DNA of 64,000 nt, from the NCBI GenBank assembly GCA_039630415.1, contig JBCNVB010000018.1:64001-128000 (forward strand). The letters run 5' to 3'. Both the position numbers and the translations under genes were made by a program. The stretch comes from a bacterium. GTDB taxonomy: Bacteria > DRYD01. The notes under the pieces are model-generated. The model was not told the origin of the DNA. It did no database searches and saw nothing but the letters and a program-made list of their open reading frames with translations. This document shows positions 1 through 9,773 of the stretch, piece by piece (position 1 is the stretch's first letter; every line of letters begins with the position of its first letter).

Positions 1-1257
1 CTTTGATATTCTTTTTCTGTCTATGGAAATATTTTTTGGTAAGTCAATTTTTCCAGCGGTAGAGATTGATTGTATAGTACAATTAATTTTAAACTCTTGT
101 AGTAAGCTAATAAATCTATCACTAGCCATATTTACGTAGATTGTGGGTATGTTTTTGTCAAATCTTCGTGAGGAGTTAGTGTAGAGATTCAATCTTTTTG
201 AAGTTTTTCTTACATTCGAAGCAGAGAAATTGGCTATTTCTAAGATGATAGAATTGGTTTGATCAGAAACAGAAAATTCTCTTGATCCTATGATTCCTGC
301 TAGTGCCAGGGTATTTTGAGAAAGATCAGATATGACTATATCACTTTGGCTAAGTTCATAATCTTTGCCATCCAATGCTTTTATTATTTCCCCTGATCTA
401 GCTTGTCTGACTATAATTTTCCCATTTATTTTACTTTTGTCAAACGCATGAGTTGGCTGAGAAGTATCATACATCACAAAATTTGTTAGATCCACTACAT
501 TATTTACTGGTTTTGTACCCATCCAATTAAGCAGAAGCTGATATTCTAAAGGAGAATAGTCTATCCCTATCTCTTTTAACAAGATAGCTTTATAGTATTT
601 ACAATTTGGAGTATCAATTTGAACAAAATGTTCAGTATTTTCTGACAAGCGGATATTTTCTTGTATATAGACAAAATCCTGAAATTCAACATTGAGTACG
701 AAAGATAGCTCTTTGCATATATGATATATTCCCCATGATTCTACTTTATTTGCTAATGGTTGGATTTGAATTATCCAATCTGATAGTTGGATAACTTGAT
801 TTATTTCTTTTCCTATGTTTGAGGCTATTTTTTTGTCAAAGTTGAATTTATTAACTCCTGTTCCGTGGGCTTTGATATTTTGCCATCCCAATTCTTGAGT
901 AGATAACATCATTCCATAACTATCAATTCCTCTTATATTTCTTACATCAATTTTTGTGCCACTTGGGAGTATACAATCTTTGAGTGCAACAAGTACCACA
1001 TCCCCAACCTGAACATTCGGATCAGCTGTTAAAATTTGCAAAATATCGTCCTTAATATCTACTTTACATACGGATATTTTGTCTGCCTTAGGATGACTAG
1101 CTTTTTCTACTATCCTTCCTATTTTTACATTTCTAAGATCATATCCCTGTTTTAATACACTCTCAACTTGTATACCCAGTTTAACTAAACCTTCACATAT
1201 AAGATCTTTATCATCTACGGGGATATATCTTTTAATGAAGGATAAGGGTATGTTCAT
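1..1257 (-). CDS. pheT: Phenylalanine--tRNA ligase beta subunit, 5' part (runs off window start)
   Basis: Not in the ORF track. Manual translation from ATG at 1257 gives MNIPLSFIKRY...HPKADKISVCKVD...RNIRGIDSYGMMLS, the PheT N-terminus with its tRNA-binding OB fold. Confidence 0.93.
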   Translation of the reverse strand, partial: MNIPLSFIKRYIPVDDKDLICEGLVKLGIQVESVLKQGYDLRNVKIGRIVEKASHPKADKISVCKVDIKDDILQILTADPNVQVGDVVLVALKDCILPSGTKIDVRNIRGIDSYGMMLSTQELGWQNIKAHGTGVNKFNFDKKIASNIGKEINQVIQLSDWIIQIQPLANKVESWGIYHICKELSFVLNVEFQDFVYIQENIRLSENTEHFVQIDTPNCKYYKAILLKEIGIDYSPLEYQLLLNWMGTKPVNNVVDLTNFVMYDTSQPTHAFDKSKINGKIIVRQARSGEIIKALDGKDYELSQSDIVISDLSQNTLALAGIIGSREFSVSDQTNSIILEIANFSASNVRKTSKRLNLYTNSSRRFDKNIPTIYVNMASDRFISLLQEFKINCTIQSISTAGKIDLPKNISIDRKRISK

Positions 1258-1268
1258 TTGGTATTTTT

Positions 1269-1961
1269 TTACGAAGCTATTTTGACAAGGTTTTGGATGT
1301 TATTTTCCATCACATATTCTTCTACTTTTATGATTGTATCAATATTCACTTGTTGAAGTTTATTTATTCCTTGTGAACTATCAAATTCGAAGTAGGAGTT
1401 TATAGTTACGATGAAATTTCCTTGAATAGTTTTCTTTTGTCCCGTTATGAGCTCCATATCCATTGGTATGGATGCACTACTTTCTGTACTTCTTCCTTCG
1501 ATGTATACTATTCCATTTTCGACTGATTTTACGACATAAGTCATAGGTATTTGTAATTGCTTATTCTGCCCAGGTAGATTGAAATCTATGTTTACTGTCC
1601 AGTATTGACCTATTTCGAGTTCATAGTCTGGGAAAACTAGGGTACTTACTTCTTGGCTACCAGCAGAGTCTACTATGTTACCATATTCATCCATAAGCAT
1701 ATATATAGTCTGTTCATTTACTGGTACTATTACCGTTTTCATTTCTTCGCTTGGTGTTTCATCAGGTTGTCTATTACTTACTTTTACTCTAATATGAAAT
1801 CCTTCTTCATCTTTAGCTATGGTTTTGAGCTCTATATCGGAGAAGTACATTATTCTTGAAGCATCAACTAAATCCATTGATTTAGATATTTGTCTTATAG
1901 TATTGCTTTTTGATATATATTTAATGGTTTTTCCTACAGGGTAATTAAATTTGAGTATCAT
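1269..1961 (-). CDS. Hypothetical protein, beta-strand rich
   Basis: 230 aa ORF with GGAGG SD. The FPDYELEIGQYW segment recalls DUF6263-like proteins (weak). Confidence 0.75.
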   Translation of the reverse strand: MILKFNYPVGKTIKYISKSNTIRQISKSMDLVDASRIMYFSDIELKTIAKDEEGFHIRVKVSNRQPDETPSEEMKTVIVPVNEQTIYMLMDEYGNIVDSAGSQEVSTLVFPDYELEIGQYWTVNIDFNLPGQNKQLQIPMTYVVKSVENGIVYIEGRSTESSASIPMDMELITGQKKTIQGNFIVTINSYFEFDSSQGINKLQQVNIDTIIKVEEYVMENNIQNLVKIAS

Positions 1962-1994
1962 ATTTACCTCCCTGCTTGTTAGTAAATCGAGATA

Positions 1995-2702
1995 TTAGAA
2001 ATCAAATTTTTCTGCTAAATCAAGCAAAATTTTGGTATCTACTTTAAGTGAGGGTGACATAGTTGTTGATAAATAAGCTGTTTCTATGAAGTTTCCTTTA
2101 GCTGATGGTGGTTTTGCTCTTAAAAGTGTCTTTATTGCAGCCAATAGATTTTCATATATTTTTTGTTTTCCGAAGGATATTTTACCGAGTGGGATGTGGT
2201 AGTTACCTAGCTTATCATTTCTTATTTGTATTTTACCTTTTTTTATTTCTTCTACGATTTGTTTTATGTTGTTTCCGACGGTTCCTGCTTTAGGGCTAGG
2301 CATTTTAGGACCTAAAACTTTACCCAATTGTTTTCCTATTATTGGCATCATGTCTAGAGTAGATACTGCTACGTCAAATTTTACTTCTCCTTTTTTGACT
2401 TGTTCTACTAGATCATTTCCTCCCACTATATCTGCTCCTGCTTCTCTTGCTTGATCAGCTAGGTCTCCTTGTGCAAAAACGAGTACTGTAGGTGATTTAC
2501 CTATGCCATGAGGAAGTACTACACTCGTTCTTACTGTTTGGTCAGATTTAGTTGGATCTATTGATAGTTTTCCATGTACTTCAAACATTTCATCAAATTT
2601 ATTATTCCAATTTTCTATTAGGAATTCAATTGCTTGCAAGGGATGATATTTTTTGGTGCGATCTATTTTCTCCGCTACCAGAGAGTATCTTTTACTTGCC
2701 AT
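1995..2702 (-). CDS. rplA: 50S ribosomal protein L1
   Basis: DQTVRTSVVLPHGIGK, LGPKMPSPKAGTV, KPPSAKG motifs; follows rplK. Confidence 0.98.
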   Translation of the reverse strand: MASKRYSLVAEKIDRTKKYHPLQAIEFLIENWNNKFDEMFEVHGKLSIDPTKSDQTVRTSVVLPHGIGKSPTVLVFAQGDLADQAREAGADIVGGNDLVEQVKKGEVKFDVAVSTLDMMPIIGKQLGKVLGPKMPSPKAGTVGNNIKQIVEEIKKGKIQIRNDKLGNYHIPLGKISFGKQKIYENLLAAIKTLLRAKPPSAKGNFIETAYLSTTMSPSLKVDTKILLDLAEKFDF

Positions 2703-2713
2703 ATTTATACCTC

Positions 2714-3181
2714 CTATTCTACTACTTCTATTCCCATGTTTTTTGCTTGTCCTGCAATTATTTTAACAGCGGTTTCAAGATTTCGAGTATTTAGATCTGG
2801 TAATTTCATTTTTGCTATTTCAATGAGTTTATCTTTAGTTATTTTTCCTACTTTTTGCCTGTTAGGTTGAGGACTACCACTTTCTATTCCTATAGCTTTT
2901 AGTATCAACGATGAAGTTGGAGGAGTTTTGAGTATGAATTTATAGGTTCTATCGCTGTATACGTAAACTATTGCTGGGACTATATATCCTTGCATTTTAG
3001 CTGTTTGTGCATTGTAGTTTTTACAGAATTCTGCTATATTTAGGCCGTACTGTCCGAGAGCTGGACCCACAGGAGGTGCAGGAGTAGCTTTCCCTGCTTC
3101 AAGATAAAGTGTAAGAGTTGCTACTAGGGTCTTTTGTCCCTTTGGAGCAGCCACCATTTTTTCTTTTGTCTTTACAGCCAT
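2714..3181 (-). CDS. rplK: 50S ribosomal protein L11
   Basis: AGKATPAPPVGPALG and KTPPTS motifs. Confidence 0.98.
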   Translation of the reverse strand: MAVKTKEKMVAAPKGQKTLVATLTLYLEAGKATPAPPVGPALGQYGLNIAEFCKNYNAQTAKMQGYIVPAIVYVYSDRTYKFILKTPPTSSLILKAIGIESGSPQPNRQKVGKITKDKLIEIAKMKLPDLNTRNLETAVKIIAGQAKNMGIEVVE

Positions 3182-3208
3182 AATACCAACCCCTTCTACT
3201 TAAAACAC

Positions 3209-3793
3209 CTAGTCTATTTTTTCACACTCATTGATATCTATCTCTATAGGAGTTTCCCTACCAAAGATAACTATCGATACTATAGCTTTTCCCTTTTCAT
3301 GGTATATCTTTTCTATTATTCCTTGGCTATCTACGAATGGTCCGTATGTAATTCTTACCCTGTCTCCTACGTTCAATTCAACCCTTTTGGTAGGTATATT
3401 TCCTTCGATGAAAGGTCTTATTTTGTTTATTTCTTCATAAGTTAGTGGTGTTGGTTTATTTTGTGGTCCTACAAAACCAGTTACACCTTGTATACTTTTT
3501 ATAAAACTCCACGTTTCGTTGTCAAGTATCATTTCTATAAAGACATATCCTGGAAAAACTCTTCTTTTTATTTCTTTTTGTTTTCCCGCTTTGACTCTTA
3601 TTTCCTTTTCAAGAGGCACTACCAAGCGGAATATTTTTTTGTCTAGTCCCAAATTACGTGCTTTCATTTCTATAGTATTTTTTACTTCTTCTTCCATACC
3701 TGATAGAGTGTGGACTATGTACCACTCTGCTTCGGGATGTAACTTAAATCTATCTTCTTCTATAATTTCACTTTCTTCTCTTTTTTCTTCCAT
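3209..3793 (-). CDS. nusG: Transcription termination/antitermination factor NusG
   Basis: WYIVHTLSG, FPGYVFIEM, and KOW motif GDRVRITYGPF...IFGRETP. Confidence 0.98.
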   Translation of the reverse strand: MEEKREESEIIEEDRFKLHPEAEWYIVHTLSGMEEEVKNTIEMKARNLGLDKKIFRLVVPLEKEIRVKAGKQKEIKRRVFPGYVFIEMILDNETWSFIKSIQGVTGFVGPQNKPTPLTYEEINKIRPFIEGNIPTKRVELNVGDRVRITYGPFVDSQGIIEKIYHEKGKAIVSIVIFGRETPIEIDINECEKID

Positions 3794-3815
3794 ATCTTTC
3801 TCTCCCTTGTAGAAT

Positions 3816-4004
3816 TTAGAGATTGATTCTGAGTACGTATTTAAATATTCCCTTTAGTATTAGGTCTATTACTTCCATATATAGGGATGCGAATAAGACT
3901 ATTAGTGCAATTGATTTAGTTGCGTTTATTACAGCTTGCTTATCAGGGTATGTTATTTTACCTATTTCTTCTTTTATTCCTTGTAAGAATGATATTATAT
4001 TCAT
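3816..4004 (-). CDS. secE: Preprotein translocase subunit SecE
   Basis: 62 aa; EIGKITYP (cf. ELKKVTWP) plus one TM helix; canonical position between rpmG and nusG. Confidence 0.92.
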   Translation of the reverse strand: MNIISFLQGIKEEIGKITYPDKQAVINATKSIALIVLFASLYMEVIDLILKGIFKYVLRINL

Positions 4005-4008
4005 GGAC

Positions 4009-4173
4009 TCATTTTACTTCTGTATGTTCTACGTGTGTTTTACATTTCGCGCAGTATTTTCTGAGTTTTAGTTTTTGGGTTGTTTTAACTCTATTTTTTG
4101 ATGTTACATAGTTTTTGCTTTTACATTTGGTACAGGCTAGGAAGATTATTACTCTGTTTCCTTTGGAGGCCAT
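4009..4173 (-). CDS. rpmG: 50S ribosomal protein L33 (Zn-ribbon, Cys-containing form)
   Basis: Below the ORF-track cutoff. Manual translation: MASKGNRVIIFLACTKCKSKNYVTSKNRVKTTQKLKLRKYCAKCKTHVEHTEVK*, with two CxxC pairs. Confidence 0.96.
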   Translation of the reverse strand: MASKGNRVIIFLACTKCKSKNYVTSKNRVKTTQKLKLRKYCAKCKTHVEHTEVK

Positions 4174-4195
4174 AAATATCACCTTTGGATTATCC

Positions 4196-5392
4196 TTAGC
4201 CTATTAATTCGGTTACTACTCCGGCTCCTATAGTTTTTCCACCTTCTCTTATTGCAAACCTTTGTCCTTTTTCAAGTACCACTGGTTGGATTAGTTCTAC
4301 TTCAAATTCTACATTATCTCCTGGCATTACCATTTGTACATTTTCTGGAAGCTTGATAGTACCTGTTATGTCAGCTGTTCTGACGTAGAATTGGGGTCTA
4401 TATCCTGTAGTAAATGGTTTTTGTCTTCCTCCTTCTTCTTTGGATAATACATAAACATTGGCTTTGAATTTTGTGTATGATTTTACTGAGTTTGGAATTG
4501 CTACAACTTGTCCTCTTTCAACTTCATCCTTACCTACTCCTCTAAGGAGTAGTCCTACGTTGTCACCTGGTAGAGCTTCGTCCAATATTTTTCTAAACAT
4601 TTCTATACTTGTTACTACAGTTTTGACAGGGTCTCTTCTTAGACCAATTATTTCGACTTCTGTATTAGGTAGGAGTTTACCTCTTTCAACCCTACCTGTT
4701 ACAACAGTTCCTCTACCGGTTATACTGAAAACATCTTCTATTGGCATAAGGAAAGGCTTATCTACTTCTCTGGGGGGTTCTTCAAAATAGTCATCCATAG
4801 CTTTGACCAGATCCAGGATTTTTTGGGTCCATTCATTTTCTTGATCTGCTTCCATAGCTTTTAGAGCACTTCCTCTTATAACAGGGGTATTATCTCCATC
4901 AAAACCATACTTAGACAAGAGATCCCTTACTTCCATCTCAACTAGGTCTACCAGTTCATTATCAACAGAAGGATCATCTATTTTGTTGATAAAAACTATG
5001 ATTTTGGGTACACCTACTTGTCTTGCGAGTAGTACGTGTTCTCTTGTTTGTGGCATTGGTCCGTCGGTAGCTGCTACTACTAAGATAGCTCCGTCCATTT
5101 GAGCAGCACCTGTTATCATGTTTTTTATGTAGTCCACGTGTCCTGGGCAGTCTACGTGTGCATAGTGTCTTTTATCACTTTCATATTCGACATGAGCTAT
5201 ATTTATTGTAATACCTCTTGCCTTTTCCTCAGGCGCTTTATCTATTTGATCATATGCCATGTATTGAGCCAGTTTTTTCATTGCTAACACTTTAGTTATA
5301 GCAGATGTTAATGTTGTTTTTCCGTGGTCTATATGACCTATTGTTCCTACGTTTAGGTGTGGTTTTGTTCTTACAAATTTTGATTTTGCCAC
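4196..5392 (-). CDS. tuf: Elongation factor Tu
   Basis: [18 protein letters not shown] motifs; GTG start with AGGAGG SD. Confidence 0.99.
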   Translation of the reverse strand: MAKSKFVRTKPHLNVGTIGHIDHGKTTLTSAITKVLAMKKLAQYMAYDQIDKAPEEKARGITINIAHVEYESDKRHYAHVDCPGHVDYIKNMITGAAQMDGAILVVAATDGPMPQTREHVLLARQVGVPKIIVFINKIDDPSVDNELVDLVEMEVRDLLSKYGFDGDNTPVIRGSALKAMEADQENEWTQKILDLVKAMDDYFEEPPREVDKPFLMPIEDVFSITGRGTVVTGRVERGKLLPNTEVEIIGLRRDPVKTVVTSIEMFRKILDEALPGDNVGLLLRGVGKDEVERGQVVAIPNSVKSYTKFKANVYVLSKEEGGRQKPFTTGYRPQFYVRTADITGTIKLPENVQMVMPGDNVEFEVELIQPVVLEKGQRFAIREGGKTIGAGVVTELIG

Positions 5393-5448
5393 CTTTTATC
5401 CCTCCTTCTCAAATCAATTTCAATATTCATATTCTTCAGAAAAACAAT

Positions 5449-6816
5449 CTATCCTTCTCTATTGTACTTATCACTTATTCTAACTATGTCTTTTTCTGAT
5501 AGGATTTCACCTAATTGAATTTCTAGAATTTCCATACTCTCATCTGAATCATTTATAGCTTTATGAATAGTTCCTTTGGGAATGTATATGAAATCTCCTC
5601 TCTTTATTGTTCTTTGTTGATTATTTATGATTATTCTTCCATATCCCTTGATAACGACCCAGTATTCATCCCTATGTTGATGATACTGAAGAGAAATTTC
5701 TTGATGAGGATAGATTGTTATATTTTTTATTCTGTAGTTTTGTTCATTATTTTCTATTTCCCTATAGAATCCCCAAGGTCTAAAATCAAACGTATTAAAA
5801 TCTTTTTGTTCTTGTGAAATTTGATCAAGTAAGTAAGATATGTTTTTTGATTTTCCCTTTTTGGATATCAACTGAAAATCTTTAGTATCTACAATTACGA
5901 CGTCCTTTACATTTATTAAGCAATACTTTTTAGGTGATTTCACTTCAAATTCATCCAAAATTATGTTAGCTTTAGAGTTTACTGCTATAAGTTTCTCTAT
6001 ATCATGATTGGATATTTTTGTTATTTCTTCAAAACTGCCTAGATCTGACCAACCAAAAGTAGATTTCAATACATACAGATTTTTTGTTTTTTGGCTGTAT
6101 AGATAGTCTATAGATATCGATGGAAAATAATTAGACTTATCAATCAATGATTTCAAATTATTGAATTCCTTTAGGTGTGAATTAACCAAGAAAAAATCTT
6201 CCAAAAAGAAAGAAGATTTAAAAGCATATATTCCTGAGTTCCACAAGTAACTGCCAGTTTTCAGATAGTACCTGGCTTTTGATTTATTAGGTTTTTCCAC
6301 AAATTTGTGAACTTGGAATAGATCTTCATCTACCATTTCGCCTTTCTTTATGTAACCGTACTCGGTAGATGGAAAGCTAGGTTTAACACCAATTATGAAA
6401 GTTTTATCGAATTTTTGCATAAAACTAACTAATTTGGCTATTGAATTATCGAACTCCTGGTGATTTAAAATATAATGGTCACTTGGGAAAAATACAAAGG
6501 AACTTTCTTTTACACCAAACTTTTCAAACGATTGATATATCCCAAGTAGTATAGCATAGGCAGTATTCTTAGGTTCTTCCTCCAAAATTATATCCTGCCC
6601 TATATCCGGAATGTCTCGTAGTACCAAATATAGATGTCTTTTATTTGCAACCACAAGTATTTTGTCAAATATACCTAATGTTTTTATCCTTTGGTAAGTT
6701 AACTCAAGTAGACTTTTACCATCAAATATTTTTACAAATTGTTTTGGATAATTAGTTCGAGATAAAGGAAATAATCTTTTGCCAAAACCTCCACAAAGTA
6801 TAACCGCTATTTTCAT
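5449..6816 (-). CDS. manC: Mannose-1-phosphate guanylyltransferase/mannose-6-phosphate isomerase
   Basis: GGFGKRLFPLSR..PKQF, FVEKP, WNSG, WSDLGS, and a C-terminal cupin (RPWG...SLQYHQHRDEYW). Confidence 0.93.
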   Translation of the reverse strand: MKIAVILCGGFGKRLFPLSRTNYPKQFVKIFDGKSLLELTYQRIKTLGIFDKILVVANKRHLYLVLRDIPDIGQDIILEEEPKNTAYAILLGIYQSFEKFGVKESSFVFFPSDHYILNHQEFDNSIAKLVSFMQKFDKTFIIGVKPSFPSTEYGYIKKGEMVDEDLFQVHKFVEKPNKSKARYYLKTGSYLWNSGIYAFKSSFFLEDFFLVNSHLKEFNNLKSLIDKSNYFPSISIDYLYSQKTKNLYVLKSTFGWSDLGSFEEITKISNHDIEKLIAVNSKANIILDEFEVKSPKKYCLINVKDVVIVDTKDFQLISKKGKSKNISYLLDQISQEQKDFNTFDFRPWGFYREIENNEQNYRIKNITIYPHQEISLQYHQHRDEYWVVIKGYGRIIINNQQRTIKRGDFIYIPKGTIHKAINDSDESMEILEIQLGEILSEKDIVRISDKYNREG

Positions 6817-6835
6817 ACAAACCTACTCATTTACT

Positions 6836-7246
6836 TTAAACATCTAGTACTATCCTTCCATAATACCTATCCAAATCTATTTCCATGTTGTGATATGTTG
6901 GAGCTTTTAAGTATGAAACAAATTTTTGAATCTCAATTACCTTAGCTTTGAAAATAGCCTTTCCTTGATGAATTTGTAAATCTTCTACTAATCTTATAAC
7001 TTTCCTTTTTACTTCAACAAAATATATAAACCTGCTTATGAAGTTATACACCAATTCATCGTAGCTTTGATATTTGATCGTGAAAGTTTGTTTTCTCATT
7101 TTCTCTACATTTTTTAGAAATTTCTCGTTTTTTGATGTAAATAAGCTCCATAACGCTTCCAACAAATCATTAAAAAACTCGTGGATTGAATTACTTTGAA
7201 TAACTACCATTACATCAGCTGTATGATCTTGGAATGTGTATGGCAT
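6836..7246 (-). CDS. Archease
   Basis: N-terminal DHTAD, C-terminal KAPTYH, terminal LDV; 136 aa. Confidence 0.88.
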   Translation of the reverse strand: MPYTFQDHTADVMVVIQSNSIHEFFNDLLEALWSLFTSKNEKFLKNVEKMRKQTFTIKYQSYDELVYNFISRFIYFVEVKRKVIRLVEDLQIHQGKAIFKAKVIEIQKFVSYLKAPTYHNMEIDLDRYYGRIVLDV

Positions 7247-8745
7247 TATTTTTTAGCTAGGTTACTATTTTTGTAGCCGTATAGGAAGTATATTGATAGA
7301 CCTATAGCTGTCCATATTAGTAGTCTTATCCATGTGTCTGGTGGTAAAAATACCATTTGAAGGAAACAAGCCAAGGCACCTAAAGGAGCAAGGACATATA
7401 CTAAAGGCATTTTGAAAGGCCTATTTATGTCAGGTCTTTTTATTCTAAGAATTAGTACAGCTATACATACTATGCTAAATGCGAGAAGAGTTCCGATAGA
7501 AACAAGCTCTCCTAGAACACTTATGGGGAATATTGCAGCTATTCCCATCGCTACAAGAGTAACTACTATGGTAGATACGTGTGGTGTTTTGAATTTGGGA
7601 TGAACTTTTGAGAAGGCTGGTGGTATAAGTCCATCTCTAGCCATAGCAAAAAAAATTCTGGTTTGACCTAGGAGAGTCATTAAAATAACTGATGTTAGTC
7701 CAGCAATAGCTCCTAGTTTAACAACCAATATCAACCATTCAAACCCCGCTCCCATAGCATTTACAGCTACAGCTATGGGTGCAGGAACTTGTAACTGACT
7801 ATAATGCACCACACCTGTTAAAACTAAAGCCACAGAAATATACAAAATGGTAGATATAAACAAAGACCCCAGTATTCCTACAGGTATATCTCTTTGTGGG
7901 TTTTTAGCTTCTTGCGCGGCAGTAGAGACCGCATCAAAACCTATGTAAGCAAAAAATACCACACCAGCTGCCCTCAAAATTCCAGCCCATCCATACTCGC
8001 CAAAATCATCACCAGCAGGAGGTATAAAAGGATCCCAATTGCTAAAATCAACTTTACCAAATCCAATTATCACAAATAAAATCAATACAGTCACTTTAAT
8101 TATGACAATTATATTATTAACCAAAGCAGATTCGCTTATTCCTATTAGTAGGATTACACCTACGATAAACACAATCATAACTGCAGGTAGGTTTATATAG
8201 CTTCCAGTAAGATGGAGTCCCAAGTATTTTTCAATAAAGCTCAGTTCTTTTCCAGCTTCTATTATTTTTCTTTTTTCATCCGGTGAAAGGACATCAACAG
8301 GAGCATTAGTAAATTCAGGTGGTATATGTATATTAAATTGTTTTAGTAAATCTATGACGTATCCAGACCATCCAACTGCCACAGTAGAGCCTGCGATAAG
8401 GTATTCTAGTACTAGGTTCCAGGCAATAAACCAAGCCCAGAATTCCCCTAAGGTAGCATAGGCATAAGTGTAGGCACTTCCAGCTATGGGAACCATAGCT
8501 GCAAATTCTGCATAAGCTAACCCAGCTAGAGCACAGGCTATACCAGATATGATAAAAGAGATTGCCACTGCAGGACCCGCGTAGGAAGCTGCCGCATGAC
8601 CAGTTATAACAAATATACCAGCTCCTATAATTGCACCCAAGCCTAGCGATATTAATGCTAATGGACCCAGTGCTCTTTTTAACTGAGGACCTTGCTCCAG
8701 ATCACTTAAAAATTCTTCAACACTCTTTTTCCTTAGTAAATTCAT
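7246..8745 (-). CDS. APC-family amino acid permease (cationic amino acid transporter-like)
   Basis: GAIIGAGIF, AGSAYTYAY, FFAYIGFDAV, SIGTLLAF motifs; many TM helices. Confidence 0.95.
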   Translation of the reverse strand: MNLLRKKSVEEFLSDLEQGPQLKRALGPLALISLGLGAIIGAGIFVITGHAAASYAGPAVAISFIISGIACALAGLAYAEFAAMVPIAGSAYTYAYATLGEFWAWFIAWNLVLEYLIAGSTVAVGWSGYVIDLLKQFNIHIPPEFTNAPVDVLSPDEKRKIIEAGKELSFIEKYLGLHLTGSYINLPAVMIVFIVGVILLIGISESALVNNIIVIIKVTVLILFVIIGFGKVDFSNWDPFIPPAGDDFGEYGWAGILRAAGVVFFAYIGFDAVSTAAQEAKNPQRDIPVGILGSLFISTILYISVALVLTGVVHYSQLQVPAPIAVAVNAMGAGFEWLILVVKLGAIAGLTSVILMTLLGQTRIFFAMARDGLIPPAFSKVHPKFKTPHVSTIVVTLVAMGIAAIFPISVLGELVSIGTLLAFSIVCIAVLILRIKRPDINRPFKMPLVYVLAPLGALACFLQMVFLPPDTWIRLLIWTAIGLSIYFLYGYKNSNLAKK

Positions 8746-9038
8746 AGATAATACCCCCTGTCATACTCAAACATAAATTCCGGAACTCTTTTTAATGATA
8801 ATCTCCTAAAAAGATCCTTTCTTATTTTTCTCGAATTTCTATTCAAAAATTCTTCCACCTCAAATCCTTGCTTAAAATTTTCAGATACACTAACAAACAT
8901 AAACTTGACTTTTTTTAGATCAGGAGAAATAAGAACTCTGGTTATCTGAACATCACTTAAATTTAAATCGCTATGAAGGTAGACTCCTACTTCCTTATGT
9001 AGTAAGCTTCTTATTTTTTCTATCCTTTCATTTTTCAT
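8742..9038 (-). CDS. rbfA: Ribosome-binding factor A (short, divergent)
   Basis: R.EKI..L..E, ITRVLISPDLK, LKRVPEFMFEYD. Confidence 0.85.
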   Translation of the reverse strand: MKNERIEKIRSLLHKEVGVYLHSDLNLSDVQITRVLISPDLKKVKFMFVSVSENFKQGFEVEEFLNRNSRKIRKDLFRRLSLKRVPEFMFEYDRGYYL

Positions 9039-9400
9039 TGTGATTTTATAGATTGAATTATCTCTTTTAAGTATTCAGCATTTTTACCAACAAATTTGAT
9101 AACAAAATAGTTTGGTTTGAATAAAATTATTAAAACTTTGTTATTATCTTGATAATCATCAGCAATAATAGAAAAGTCATTTGTATTCAGGATAAGAGTT
9201 ATAAGGTCAGATTTTGTTCTTGTTGCTTCATAACTTTTAAGAGTTTTTATCACAGCAGAACAAATTTGATTTACCTCTTCTACAGCCTTATCAGCTTTAA
9301 AATAGTACTCTATAAAAATTTCTTTTTCTCTGTCTGCTATTATTAGTCCCATTATGTCATCAGAATTGTTTACGAACTTTTTAATGGTTTCTGGGTTCAT
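9035..9400 (-). CDS. Hypothetical protein, Roadblock/LC7-like pattern
   Basis: 121 aa with AGGAGG SD; helix-beta(GLIIAD)-helix-3 beta-helix pattern. Confidence 0.6.
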   Translation of the reverse strand: MNPETIKKFVNNSDDIMGLIIADREKEIFIEYYFKADKAVEEVNQICSAVIKTLKSYEATRTKSDLITLILNTNDFSIIADDYQDNNKVLIILFKPNYFVIKFVGKNAEYLKEIIQSIKSQ

Positions 9401-9460
9401 GTATATTTTCCCTCCTGTACCAAAGCAAATTTACCTAACTAAGCTTATTCTTCAAAAGTA

Positions 9461-9739
9461 TCATTTATCCTTCTTTGTTGGTTTAATGAAATGTTTGGAA
9501 AAAAATAGTATAGTTCCACTTATTGATAGTCCTATGAGGGCTATACCAACAACAATGACCCAATATTTTAAGATACCCCATTCCCAAGTATGTAAAGTAA
9601 AGAAAAACTCCTTGATATCTTTGGGTATCTGATTTCTAAAAACTAGTATTATGCCACTAATAGCACTTGTAATAAAAAAAATAGCAAATGTTATACCTGT
9701 ATAGGCATGAATTTTTCTGATCCAACTTAATAATTTCAT
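9461..9739 (-). CDS. Small membrane protein, PepSY-associated TM helix type
   Basis: RKIHAYTGI...ISG and LH..W...ISG helices. Confidence 0.75.
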   Translation of the reverse strand: MKLLSWIRKIHAYTGITFAIFFITSAISGIILVFRNQIPKDIKEFFFTLHTWEWGILKYWVIVVGIALIGLSISGTILFFSKHFIKPTKKDK

Positions 9740-9773
9740 TTGATATAATTCTTCTTACTTTTATTTTTCCCTA

